From a virus (taxonomy: Duplodnaviria; Caudoviricetes), in IMG/VR virus record IMGVR_UViG_3300023174_000037: DNA of 64,000 nucleotides; one strand, 5' to 3'. The stretch's first letter is position 1, and each line of letters begins with the position of its first letter. A program made the translations under genes and the position numbers. Shown here in pieces: positions 29,484 through 39,283 of this stretch. The notes beneath the pieces were generated by a model, which was not told the origin of the DNA, made no database searches, and worked only from the letters and a program-made list of their open reading frames with translations.

Positions 29484-30739
29484 TGTCATATAATTACAAC
29501 AGTACCGATTTAGTAAAGCCAACGGAACTTACTGAACGTGAAGAATTTTTATTAAAAGATTCTAAAACATTCTGCATCTATCCTTGGATACACCTGCATG
29601 CCTACCCCACTGGTGAAGCTTACCCTTGTTGTCATGCTGAAATGGCCTATCCTGTAGGCAACACTCGCTTCAAGACTCTAGAAGACATTTATCGAGACGC
29701 ACCCATGCGTGAGTTGCGAAAAGACATGTTGAACGAGCAATTCAATCCAGCCTGTAACCGTTGTTACGAGCAAGAAGAATCTGGGTTCTTTAGTGGTCGC
29801 AAGAGTGCCAACAAGCATCATGGACATCATATCAAACGTATAGACGATGATAAGTTTCAAATGAGTTACTGGGACATACGTTTCAGTAACTTGTGTAATC
29901 TCAGTTGCCGCAGTTGCGGGCATATATTCAGTAGCAGTTGGTATCAAGATCAGGCCAAACTAGCCGGCGGCGATTGGAAAGATCGCAATCAGGTGTTGAA
30001 CTATGCTGGGCGGACCGAAACAGACATGTGGGAACAGCTGGTTCCACATTTGGACTATGTAGAGCAGATCTACTTTGCAGGTGGCGAACCGCTAATGATG
30101 ACAGAACATTACAATATCCTAGATGAACTAGAACGTCGTGGCCGTTTTGACGTTAGACTCATATACAATACAAACTTTACACATGTCAAACTAAAAGATC
30201 GCACAGTGTTTGATTACTGGAAAAAGTTTAAAAGTGTAGCAGTTGGCGCAAGTTTAGATGCAATGGGTCCACGTGCAGAGTATATTCGCAAAGGCACAGA
30301 GTGGGACACTGTAGAACGCAACCGGAGACAAATGCTTGAAATATGCCCCAACGTGGATTTTTATATAAGTCCTACACTAAGCATAATGAATGCCTTGCAT
30401 CTGCCAGACTTTCATCGTAGTTGGGTTGACCAGGGTTTTATTCGTCCGCAAGACTTAAATGTAAATATCTTACAAGACCCCAAGCATTTGCGAATTGATA
30501 TAGCACCTGCCAGCTACAAACAGCAGCTTAAAATTAAATTTGAACAACACTTAGAATGGTTACGTCCCCAGGATCCATTGAATCGCGCCACAGTGGGATT
30601 TGAAAGTGCCATTAATTTTATGATGGCATCGGACAACACACAGCTAATAGATTCTTTTTGGCGTAAAACATACGACTTGGATTCAATAAGAAAAGAAAAT
30701 ATACTAGCAGTAATTCCAGAGTTGGCGGCACTCAAATGA
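29483..30739 (+). CDS. Radical SAM protein with N-terminal auxiliary Fe-S domain
   Basis: FCIYPW, PCCH, CNRCY, then CNLSCRSC and AGGEPL. Confidence 0.88.
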   Translation: MSYNYNSTDLVKPTELTEREEFLLKDSKTFCIYPWIHLHAYPTGEAYPCCHAEMAYPVGNTRFKTLEDIYRDAPMRELRKDMLNEQFNPACNRCYEQEESGFFSGRKSANKHHGHHIKRIDDDKFQMSYWDIRFSNLCNLSCRSCGHIFSSSWYQDQAKLAGGDWKDRNQVLNYAGRTETDMWEQLVPHLDYVEQIYFAGGEPLMMTEHYNILDELERRGRFDVRLIYNTNFTHVKLKDRTVFDYWKKFKSVAVGASLDAMGPRAEYIRKGTEWDTVERNRRQMLEICPNVDFYISPTLSIMNALHLPDFHRSWVDQGFIRPQDLNVNILQDPKHLRIDIAPASYKQQLKIKFEQHLEWLRPQDPLNRATVGFESAINFMMASDNTQLIDSFWRKTYDLDSIRKENILAVIPELAALK

Positions 30740-31956
30740 AAATTCCACACGATAAATTTTGCGTATTACCTTGGATCAGTTTAGAAGCCAGCCCAATCGG
30801 CACTGTGCGCCCGTGCTGTTTGGCCGATGATGAACTGGTGGACAATGCTGGCAACAAGTTTAACCTAGCCACAGCTGACTTTAACGGAATACAAAATAGT
30901 GATAGCATGAAACAACTGCGCCAAGAATTCGTTGATGGCAAACAACCTCAAACTTGTCGTAAATGTTGGAAGGAAGAACGTGCCGGTCGCACTAGCAAAC
31001 GTATGCATACACTGGATCGTTTGAAGCACATGTTGCCAGATCAAGAATGGACCGTTGATGCAAAACCTCTAATGTTCTTGGACTTAAAATTAGGCAACAT
31101 TTGTAATCTCAAATGTCGTATATGCGGATCCTGGAGTTCCAGCACTTTTGCCACAGAAGAACTACAACACCTAATGCGTAACGAAGATCGAAAAGATAAT
31201 CATCATTATCATATGTTACGCCAAGGGGCATGGCCTAGAGAAAATCAACAGTTTTGGAATGAAATAGCAGGTATATCGGATCAGATACAGTATATAGAAT
31301 TTACTGGTGGTGAACCGTTCATGATCCAAGAACACTTTAACCTGTTACAGGGTCTAATCGATCGCGGACTGGCCAGCAATATAGAAATACATTATAATAC
31401 CAATGGTACTCAGTGGCCCGAACCGGCCGAAGAAATCTGGCGACATTTTAAAATTGTAGAAATAGCATTCAGCATTGACGATGTAGGTGAACGGTTTGAG
31501 TATCAACGATCAAATGCTGTATGGACTGAAGTAATTAATAACATTGCAAAATTCCGTGCGTTACGCAGTCGACACAGTAACATACGTTTACAAATCTGTT
31601 GCACTATTAACGTGTTTAATGTTTACTATTTAGAAACTGTGGCCCAATGGATTTTAGAACAAAAGATGGACTTTATCTATTGGAATATGATGCACGATGC
31701 ATATTTCTTTAGCATTAGTTCTTTGCCAGATCGAGCCAAACAAGCCATTGCTGATCGACTATTAGCGGCTCAGGTTCCGGGTCCGGTCAAAGAAGAATTT
31801 GCTCGTGTCGTGGATTTTATGAATCGTGGCGTAAGTCTTGACGGACAACAAATACGCAGAGAAGTGGGCAATTTGGATCGTAGACGTGGACAAGATTTAA
31901 GAATTGTGCAACCAGAATTTGCTGAATTAATAGATTATGCCGGCCCAGATGCATAA
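30736..31956 (+). CDS. Radical SAM protein with N-terminal auxiliary Fe-S domain
   Basis: FCVLPW, PCCL, CRKCW, then CNLKCRIC and TGGEPF. Confidence 0.88.
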   Translation: MKIPHDKFCVLPWISLEASPIGTVRPCCLADDELVDNAGNKFNLATADFNGIQNSDSMKQLRQEFVDGKQPQTCRKCWKEERAGRTSKRMHTLDRLKHMLPDQEWTVDAKPLMFLDLKLGNICNLKCRICGSWSSSTFATEELQHLMRNEDRKDNHHYHMLRQGAWPRENQQFWNEIAGISDQIQYIEFTGGEPFMIQEHFNLLQGLIDRGLASNIEIHYNTNGTQWPEPAEEIWRHFKIVEIAFSIDDVGERFEYQRSNAVWTEVINNIAKFRALRSRHSNIRLQICCTINVFNVYYLETVAQWILEQKMDFIYWNMMHDAYFFSISSLPDRAKQAIADRLLAAQVPGPVKEEFARVVDFMNRGVSLDGQQIRREVGNLDRRRGQDLRIVQPEFAELIDYAGPDA

Positions 31957-33244
31957 ACCTGACACCTTGTGTATGGCACCGTGGACACACACATACCTCA
32001 GTCCACAAACTGAGCGTAGAATGTGTTGTGCTTCAAGAGAGCCTGCACAGAGTTTTGAGCAGTATATAGACACATCATCTGGCACTGGCAGATATAATCC
32101 GGTAACCTTAGACGAACATTGGAACAGTGAACACATGCGGTCTGTGCGTCGGCGCATGATGGCTGGTGAAACGCTTTCGGAATGTGAAGTATGCAACGAC
32201 AAGCTATTAAACACAGATGTTTATCGCAGTTATTTCAATCGATTATTTGCACACAAATATGAACATGCCATGGCAAATACCCAGGCTGATGGATCAACTA
32301 CTGTAAAACCTGTCAGTTGGGATTATCGCTTTAGTAACCTATGTAACTTTAAATGTCGCACCTGCGGAGATATGTTGAGTAGCAGTTGGGAAAGTGAACA
32401 ACGTGCCAACAATATGATCAACTGGTCTAATCCTAAAAACAATTGGATGATACCCGTTGTCAGAGAAGAAATATCTAAATTTCAAGACACACAGATTGAA
32501 GCAGAATTTGCTCAAGCAGTGGCAGAACATCGTGTAGAAGAAATATACTGGGTAGGCGGCGAACCTTTGATGTTTGAACAGCATTGGCGTTACATGAAAC
32601 AAATAGTAGATCAAGGTGACGGACACCGTGTTTACGCTAGATATAATACAAACCTTAGTCGAGTTGATTATCGGGGCGTTAATCTTTATCGCGACATACT
32701 TGCTTGTTTGCGAGACTGGCAAGTTTGTGCAAGTTTAGACGGAACTGGCCCGGTTGGTGAGTATATTCGCACTGGACTTGACTACAAACAATGGTTGGAT
32801 AATTTCCGTCAAGGTGTGTCAATTGCCACTAATCGTAGACAAATGCGTATAGACTTTACACTTACTTTGCCTGGATTATTTGAAGTCGCAGCAATACAGG
32901 CATTGGCCCAAGAGCTTGATGTAGACGTATTGGCCAAAGTGATATTTGGATTTACTCCGGACATCATAATGAGCCCATTGGCCTTGCCCAGAGAGTTGCT
33001 AGACAAAAAGGTTGATCAACTAGTGGCCAACTTAAATACAGGCGCACTCCGAGATATACTGCTACAGTTAAAGAATCGCCCCGTCTTTGCAGAGCAATGG
33101 CCGGATGAATATCGAGCAGGGTTAGTCAAAGGAAAAGAACGTATATTGCGACTAGAACAGGTACGCAATGACACTTATACTCTTAAAGATATTTTGAGTG
33201 CAGATTACGAAATTTTGGAATGGTATGAATCGATTGTTACTTGA
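31937..33244 (+). CDS. Radical SAM protein with N-terminal auxiliary Fe-S domain
   Basis: LCMAPW, MCCA, CEVC, then CNFKCRTC and VGGEPL. Confidence 0.88.
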   Translation: MPAQMHKPDTLCMAPWTHTYLSPQTERRMCCASREPAQSFEQYIDTSSGTGRYNPVTLDEHWNSEHMRSVRRRMMAGETLSECEVCNDKLLNTDVYRSYFNRLFAHKYEHAMANTQADGSTTVKPVSWDYRFSNLCNFKCRTCGDMLSSSWESEQRANNMINWSNPKNNWMIPVVREEISKFQDTQIEAEFAQAVAEHRVEEIYWVGGEPLMFEQHWRYMKQIVDQGDGHRVYARYNTNLSRVDYRGVNLYRDILACLRDWQVCASLDGTGPVGEYIRTGLDYKQWLDNFRQGVSIATNRRQMRIDFTLTLPGLFEVAAIQALAQELDVDVLAKVIFGFTPDIIMSPLALPRELLDKKVDQLVANLNTGALRDILLQLKNRPVFAEQWPDEYRAGLVKGKERILRLEQVRNDTYTLKDILSADYEILEWYESIVT

Positions 33245-34328
33245 TGTTATAGAAATGGATCTTGAAGACTTGACTGTATATATTGATGTATACGACTCAG
33301 GGCTTGGCCGTAAATGGCTAGCGGCATTGAACAATTTAATAGCCAACAATCTGCATCTTGAAAAGAACTATTGTTTCTTTGGATTTGCTGACGGACCTAG
33401 AAATGGTCAATTGATAATAAATGAAATAAATCGCAGTATCCAGGCTATTAATAGTGCCAATATAGGTTATACAATCGATGACAACTTTACCCTGGATAAC
33501 AGTGTTGTACCAGGAGATGAAGTTATCATTGTAGCAGATACCAATACAGCTCGACGTGATGTGATACCCGGCGATGTCAACCGTGAGCACTTTAATAATT
33601 TACACAGATACTTTGAAGATCTGCAAGGGGTAAGCGGACACATGAGTCCATACTATGAAAAAGCAGATCCAACTACCCGATGGCATATCAGGCAACTTAA
33701 CTTGTTATGCCATGAATTTGAGTCGTGGCAGTTGAGTTGGAAAAAGAAATATACTGCACCGGCTTGGCAAAGACCCAGTCAGCTCATGTGTTGGTTACAG
33801 GCACCACGGTTTGTATTAGATGATGGGGATTACGGGCTATTTGGAATAGAAACAATGAATCGCCCATTGGGTGGTGTTTATGTTGGAGTAAACAAAGCCA
33901 TTGGTAAACATCATTGGGAAGTATTTGTGGATGAAGCCAACTATAATCCTGACATGATCATTGACAATTTAACAACCACAACCATGCGTAGTCAACTCGA
34001 AGCTGCTGGAGATTTTGATATAGAGTGGGCAAACAATCCCGGCGCTCATGCTTGGCAAAAGAAACACTTGGCAGACTTTAGAACATGGCTAGAGCGCAAT
34101 GGGTTTGACCCTGAAGATAAAAGTTTAACTATTGGACATCCGCAAGTGGGCCAGGTTAATTTAGTTAAGAGTTTTGGAACAGAAGATTACCAGACTATAT
34201 GGGCACAGTTAAATACTAGGCTTAATGTGACAGCAATTCGCACCAGTGATGCCAGTGTTGAGTATCCGTATAACTGGTCTGACTCGGACTATATGCAACA
34301 ACAAATAAAATCATTACAAGGACGTTAA
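33225..34328 (+). CDS. Hypothetical protein (~367 aa; ATG at 33225, track start GTG 33198)
   Basis: Long ORF in the operon between a radical SAM gene and the carbamoyltransferase; no family recognised. Confidence 0.8.
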   Translation: MNRLLLDVIEMDLEDLTVYIDVYDSGLGRKWLAALNNLIANNLHLEKNYCFFGFADGPRNGQLIINEINRSIQAINSANIGYTIDDNFTLDNSVVPGDEVIIVADTNTARRDVIPGDVNREHFNNLHRYFEDLQGVSGHMSPYYEKADPTTRWHIRQLNLLCHEFESWQLSWKKKYTAPAWQRPSQLMCWLQAPRFVLDDGDYGLFGIETMNRPLGGVYVGVNKAIGKHHWEVFVDEANYNPDMIIDNLTTTTMRSQLEAAGDFDIEWANNPGAHAWQKKHLADFRTWLERNGFDPEDKSLTIGHPQVGQVNLVKSFGTEDYQTIWAQLNTRLNVTAIRTSDASVEYPYNWSDSDYMQQQIKSLQGR

Positions 34329-34329
34329 T

Positions 34330-34431
34330 ATGAATTGGATTAAAAACTTATACAATAGAATTCGACTAGAAATCCGCTATCGTAAGAAGTTAAAAGAATT
34401 ACGTAAACGAGATCCATTTATCTATAAATGA
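34330..34431 (+). CDS. 33-aa basic peptide (not in ORF track)
   Basis: MNWIKNLYNRIRLEIRYRKKLKELRKRDPFIYK*; exactly fills the gap; ATGA overlap with the carbamoyltransferase start. Confidence 0.7.
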   Translation: MNWIKNLYNRIRLEIRYRKKLKELRKRDPFIYK

Positions 34432-35885
34432 AGTTACAACATATATTAGGCATCAGCGTTGGCTATCATGATGCGGCTGCCACTGTTATAAACAACCGTG
34501 GCGATATCTTATTTGCTGGACACGCAGAACGTTACAGCAAACAGAAAAACGATGCTGACTTTTGTCAGGGATTAATAGATGAAATTGCACAATACAAACC
34601 AGACGTAGTTGCATACTATGAACGTCCTTGGGCAAAACAAACACGACAATGGTATGCAGGCCAGGGCATTGAATGGAACAAGTTAACAGTTAAACAGATA
34701 TTAAAACAACAGTTAGGCGGCCAAATTGAACCAGAACGTGTGCGTAGTTTCAATCATCATTTGAGTCACGCGGCTGCAGGTTTTCAAACAAGTCCTTATG
34801 ATCGAGCTACAGTGGTGGTCATTGACGCAATTGGCGAATGGGATACTGTTAGCATATGGGGAGCACATTATGACAACGGACAGGCACAATACCACAGACT
34901 GTGGCGACAACAGTATCCCAGCTCAATTGGACTATTTTATAGTGCAGTTACTGGACGCATTGGTCTACGCCCACTAGACGAAGAATACATAACAATGGGC
35001 ATGGCTGCTTGGGGCAACCCTGAGCACACAGACGCTATGAATGAGTTGTTACGAGAAAATTTGCATGTGGGCATTGACCCAGGGTTTTTATCCCAAGCAA
35101 AAGATGTAGATATTGCCGCAAGTGCTCAGGCTGTTGCGGAACAAGAGATATATAAAGTGATGCAACGAGCCAGAGCGTTTGGTTGGAGCAGAAATCTAGT
35201 GTATATGGGCGGTGTTGCGCTCAATTGTTTAGCAAATAGAAAGTTGGGCGAGTATTTTGAAAAAATTTGGATTATGCCTTGTCCTGGTGACGCTGGCAGC
35301 AGTCTTGGTGCCGCTGCACTCACATACGGTAAACGAATTAACTGGAATAACGCATACCTTGGTACTAACATCAGCGGTGAATACCCTGTTGATGCCATCA
35401 TCGATTGCTTACAGCGTGATCGAATCGTTGGTGTGGCCAGTGGTAGAGCCGAGTTTGGTCCCAGGGCCTTGGGAAACAGAAGTTTGCTCGCAGACCCGAG
35501 AGGATCGGATATAAAAGATCGAGTAAATGAGATCAAACGCAGACAACAGTTCCGTCCGTTTGCTCCAGTGGTATTAGAAGAATATGCAGATCTTTATTTT
35601 GAAATGCCACGTGGCTGGGTAGACAGTAGATATATGCAGATTGTTGGACGTTGTAAGTTTCCTGATGTGTTTCCTGCTGTCATTCATGTTGACGGAACCA
35701 GTCGTATACAGACAGTGCCCAAGGATGGATCTGGAATACGAAAATTACTAGAACGCTGGATGGAGTTGACTGGTTGCCCTGTGCTGTTAAACACCAGTCT
35801 TAATATACGTGGCGAACCCATGGTCAATGATCGTGCAGATGCAGATCGCTTTGAACAGTTGTATCGTGTTCGAGTTTGTAGTTAA
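34428..35885 (+). CDS. O-carbamoyltransferase (NodU/CmcH/TobZ family)
   Basis: 'GYHDAAA', 'HHLSHAA', 'DAIGE', 'GGVALN', 'EFGPRALGNRSLLADP', 'FRPFAP', 'LLNTSLNIRGEP'. Confidence 0.92.
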   Translation: MKLQHILGISVGYHDAAATVINNRGDILFAGHAERYSKQKNDADFCQGLIDEIAQYKPDVVAYYERPWAKQTRQWYAGQGIEWNKLTVKQILKQQLGGQIEPERVRSFNHHLSHAAAGFQTSPYDRATVVVIDAIGEWDTVSIWGAHYDNGQAQYHRLWRQQYPSSIGLFYSAVTGRIGLRPLDEEYITMGMAAWGNPEHTDAMNELLRENLHVGIDPGFLSQAKDVDIAASAQAVAEQEIYKVMQRARAFGWSRNLVYMGGVALNCLANRKLGEYFEKIWIMPCPGDAGSSLGAAALTYGKRINWNNAYLGTNISGEYPVDAIIDCLQRDRIVGVASGRAEFGPRALGNRSLLADPRGSDIKDRVNEIKRRQQFRPFAPVVLEEYADLYFEMPRGWVDSRYMQIVGRCKFPDVFPAVIHVDGTSRIQTVPKDGSGIRKLLERWMELTGCPVLLNTSLNIRGEPMVNDRADADRFEQLYRVRVCS

Positions 35886-37126
35886 ACAAACCAAGCCGCC
35901 CATTCTGGAACCACTTCACAAAGTGGTTTTTTGCTGGCTGTATCTTCTATTTTAATATGTTTAATAAAACGATCTAATGCGGCAGGGTTAAACTCAACGT
36001 GTTCTACTGTGCTAATTAATCTATCTATAGTTTGCACGTATCCGTATTCATAGTTTGTATACTTAGGATCAAGATAATGTTCGTAACGTTTGCGTCCTTC
36101 ACGCAGACGACTCAATGCCAACGCTTTTAATTCTGTAGGCATAGCTGCAACGCCTAAATGCTGTTGGAATACATGACTTATGCTGGCAAACTTTAAATCG
36201 TTAGCGTGACACCAATCAACAAAGTCCATGGCACTTAGTATATTAATAGCAGTGACCACATGATTGACTATTTCGTGAACTGGGCTTGCGTGTATCTTTC
36301 GAACATTTTCTTCAATGGTTGCCCATTGTGCTCCACGACGTTGATACTCTATTACATCACCTACACCGTCGATGCTCACAGTATACAATACTCGCTTAAA
36401 CTGTTTGAATTTCTCAACCAACCTGTCAGGAAAGTGGCTGGCATTGGTTAAGATAGTTATAATTATATCTTTGGCTAACCCTTGTTCAATCACATAGTCA
36501 ATCAAACGATTGACCTCGGGCTGTAAGATAGTTTCTCCACCGGTAAATCCCAAGATCTTTACATCTTTAATTACAGTTAAGAAGTCAGCGTCAACTGGAT
36601 TAATTTCGTATTTGGATTTAATGCCTTGTTTGATGTCAAATGCATAGCGTTGGCTACTAGCGCCCGAATAACACATTACGCAGGCATAGTTACAGTAGTT
36701 GCTGGGCATGTAGTCTATGGCATATACTTTATCAGCAGTTAACCCTGCATCAATAACACGTTCAACTTCGGCTAGAATATCTACATCTAAATGCTCAAAC
36801 AAATATTCGTTATTGAGTTGCCTAGGACTACTTGCTCCTGCACGTTCGGCATTGATACAAGTGCCGCATACATCTGTTAATTTCTTGTCAAGAAATGATT
36901 GTCGCAAATCTTTCCAAACTTGAGTATTTCTTGATTCAGTTATGTTGTTATTTTGTATATCCCATTGGGGTCCAGCCTGAATAACACTGCAAGGTCTCAC
37001 ATGGTTAACAACTGATTGGTCTGGTGCAACTACTCCGCAAGTAGAGTAAAAGCTATTGACAAATGGTGCCAAACACATTCGTTCGCCGTAGGCATCATAT
37101 AGCTGTTTTACATCTGCTTTGCTCAT
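35882..37126 (-). CDS. Radical SAM protein with N-terminal auxiliary Fe-S domain
   Basis: MCLAPF, PCS, CGTC, then CNYACVMC and TGGET. Likely start ATG 37126 (ATGA overlap with the amidinotransferase stop). Confidence 0.85.
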   Translation of the reverse strand: MSKADVKQLYDAYGERMCLAPFVNSFYSTCGVVAPDQSVVNHVRPCSVIQAGPQWDIQNNNITESRNTQVWKDLRQSFLDKKLTDVCGTCINAERAGASSPRQLNNEYLFEHLDVDILAEVERVIDAGLTADKVYAIDYMPSNYCNYACVMCYSGASSQRYAFDIKQGIKSKYEINPVDADFLTVIKDVKILGFTGGETILQPEVNRLIDYVIEQGLAKDIIITILTNASHFPDRLVEKFKQFKRVLYTVSIDGVGDVIEYQRRGAQWATIEENVRKIHASPVHEIVNHVVTAINILSAMDFVDWCHANDLKFASISHVFQQHLGVAAMPTELKALALSRLREGRKRYEHYLDPKYTNYEYGYVQTIDRLISTVEHVEFNPAALDRFIKHIKIEDTASKKPLCEVVPEWAAWFV

Positions 37127-38142
37127 AGATAAGTTTCTAGGCCACCCCGGCGACGTAGATCTTGTGTGCAACAACTAATGCCACCGTCCCAGAAATAGCT
37201 ATGACGCAGTTCGCTTATAATAGGATTAATTCTGTGCTTTTTACAAAAATCAAATACGTTTTTATTGTATGCTGAAAAGATAACATTTTCTTCATCTAGC
37301 ACTAAACAGTTGACATCAAACACTGTTTCGGCCACAAAGCCGGTCCATTTGTTGAGATACTTGTCCACAAAAGCAGTAAACTCTGGCGTAGGCGTTTGTC
37401 CTTGCACATACCACGCACCCGGATTACTTTCATACTTGAATTTGCCCACTTCCATTGCGGCCCAGATTGAGCTATCCCAAACCTTGCATACTTCCCATCC
37501 TGGAAAGTCCTTGGATAGGTGTAAATGCATGTCGTGTTTGCTGCTTAATATAACTCCGGGCTTGAGGATAGCAAATACAGCATCGCCATGCCCGTCGGTA
37601 ATGGCTTCGTGTATACGATACTCTGGACCTAATACATTATCCACAATCCAACGAGTTTGTTTGGGCTTTAAGTAATCACTGTTGTCAAAGAATACATCAC
37701 GTCCTACTCGCACAATGCAACTGGCACTGGCCCCGTTTAATATGCAATCTGGATCCCAGGCACTCTTGTGCGGATTAACAACTTGGTCGCTAAATGTTGC
37801 ACATATATCATCCAATTCTTGTATAGGCAACACACGTAGCAATTTATCTCCAAGGCTAATTTGCCAATCTCTTGGAGTAAGCGGTGGCAATGGCGCTCCA
37901 TCATTGAGTATTTGGCTAGTTTGAAAATTATCTTTGCTGTCGATGCCGGGACGTAATACCTTCGCACCATAAGTTTCAATTGTGCGCTGAAGGTTGGTTA
38001 AATCTTCTTCGGTTTCTGCCAGTATCTGTTGTAATTGATTACGGACCTGAGCATCTTCAATAAAATCAAAATAGTCTGGTGGATAAGCTCGCCCTACTAT
38101 AACTTCTTCCAAGGGTTGCCAACTGGTATAACTGCTAATCAT
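37123..38142 (-). CDS. Amidinotransferase (GATM/StrB1-like)
   Basis: 'SYTSWQPLEEVIVGR', 'PRD', 'GHGDAVF', 'DVNCLVL', 'DGGISCCTQDLRR' with catalytic His and Cys. Confidence 0.85.
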   Translation of the reverse strand: MISSYTSWQPLEEVIVGRAYPPDYFDFIEDAQVRNQLQQILAETEEDLTNLQRTIETYGAKVLRPGIDSKDNFQTSQILNDGAPLPPLTPRDWQISLGDKLLRVLPIQELDDICATFSDQVVNPHKSAWDPDCILNGASASCIVRVGRDVFFDNSDYLKPKQTRWIVDNVLGPEYRIHEAITDGHGDAVFAILKPGVILSSKHDMHLHLSKDFPGWEVCKVWDSSIWAAMEVGKFKYESNPGAWYVQGQTPTPEFTAFVDKYLNKWTGFVAETVFDVNCLVLDEENVIFSAYNKNVFDFCKKHRINPIISELRHSYFWDGGISCCTQDLRRRGGLETYL

Positions 38143-39283
38143 TACGATCCTTTATAGTGGTAAATTCATTTAACATTGTGTTTAATTCCGTCCATAGTAT
38201 ATTAGCAAATTCACCTCGATAAAAATGATGATAATTGTGCTCAACTATGGGCAAACAGGCTTGGTGTATTTGTTGTCTTTCGTTTACAGATAAATTATTT
38301 AAGTCTTTTAATAACTGAGCAACTTTTTCAATGCGAACAATGTCGTTGGTTTCCAGGTCATAGCTTTCATCGAATATGCCCGCAAATGTTTTAAATCCGT
38401 ATTCGCGCAAGTATGCTAAACTACCGGCGGGTGCAACCAATACAAATGGCATTTCTAATGCTATGGCTTTAAAAGTCTTTTCGGTTATATGAATCCTACG
38501 TCCAAAGTAAACAGTTTCGGTTGGCACATATACTAGGCTGTCGGCTGCTTCGACAAAGTTGCCCAATTGATAACTGTGCATTTCTTGTTGATCTTCTCCA
38601 GCAAATAGTCTAGGAAGGTCTGCTCGGGTCAATACATCGGTTATGTCCTGGTATACATGAGCATATTTTTGTGCTATAATAGATATATCTACACGTTCGT
38701 ATTGGCACACCCTGGGTGCGCTGATATGATTTTGCTCTAGGCCTTGCTTAAAGATGTTGTATAAAAATAACACACGATGATCACGTTTACCTGCCACAAT
38801 GCGGTTTGGACTCATAAAAGTTCGAGTGGGTCGGCGATCTCTCGCTCTAGGAATTAAAAATGTTCGATCGTATCCGCGAAACCAATCTAAACAGGCCCAA
38901 CCATGATAAAAATAATAGTGTGGAGTCCATTCGTAACGACGGCAAAGATTCTCAACAAATTCGCCGCGCTCGCTTACAACAACATGACCAATTTGCTTGG
39001 GCTTTGCTGGCCGCGGTGTTGGAGGCGTTGTGTCTGGCCAAAATAAATCAGTATTTCTTCGATCTACTTCGTCGAACAACGGTTTAAAAATATCTAAATG
39101 CACAGGCTCTTGATCATGCATAAACACATAATTGTTTTCTATTATGCTATCATTGCCTAAGTTAAATAAAGAGTCTGGGCTGGTATTGCCCGGTGGATCA
39201 CAAAAGAACACTCGAGTTCCGGGCTGTTTATCTTTAAACCAAGGCCAAAATGTATGGTTGTAAATCTCATCTATTCTAATCAT
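38135..39283 (-). CDS. GT-B / GT10-like glycosyltransferase
   Basis: 'VYVPTET...HITEKTFKAI...GFKTF...DESYD'; paralog of 26369..27562. Confidence 0.55.
   Translation of the reverse strand: MIRIDEIYNHTFWPWFKDKQPGTRVFFCDPPGNTSPDSLFNLGNDSIIENNYVFMHDQEPVHLDIFKPLFDEVDRRNTDLFWPDTTPPTPRPAKPKQIGHVVVSERGEFVENLCRRYEWTPHYYFYHGWACLDWFRGYDRTFLIPRARDRRPTRTFMSPNRIVAGKRDHRVLFLYNIFKQGLEQNHISAPRVCQYERVDISIIAQKYAHVYQDITDVLTRADLPRLFAGEDQQEMHSYQLGNFVEAADSLVYVPTETVYFGRRIHITEKTFKAIALEMPFVLVAPAGSLAYLREYGFKTFAGIFDESYDLETNDIVRIEKVAQLLKDLNNLSVNERQQIHQACLPIVEHNYHHFYRGEFANILWTELNTMLNEFTTIKDRND

Noticed and set aside
24979-34431. RiPP cluster (radical SAM/SPASM acting on a precursor peptide)
   Set aside because: No RRE/PqqD domain, leader-core peptide, peptidase or exporter recognised; the 33-aa ORF lacks a precursor-like pattern.
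27559-38142. Saxitoxin-like cluster (amidinotransferase + carbamoyltransferase + sulfotransferase)
   Set aside because: No SxtA-type PKS/AONS, Rieske oxygenases or cyclase; the abundance of GTs and NDP-sugar enzymes points to glycan chemistry.
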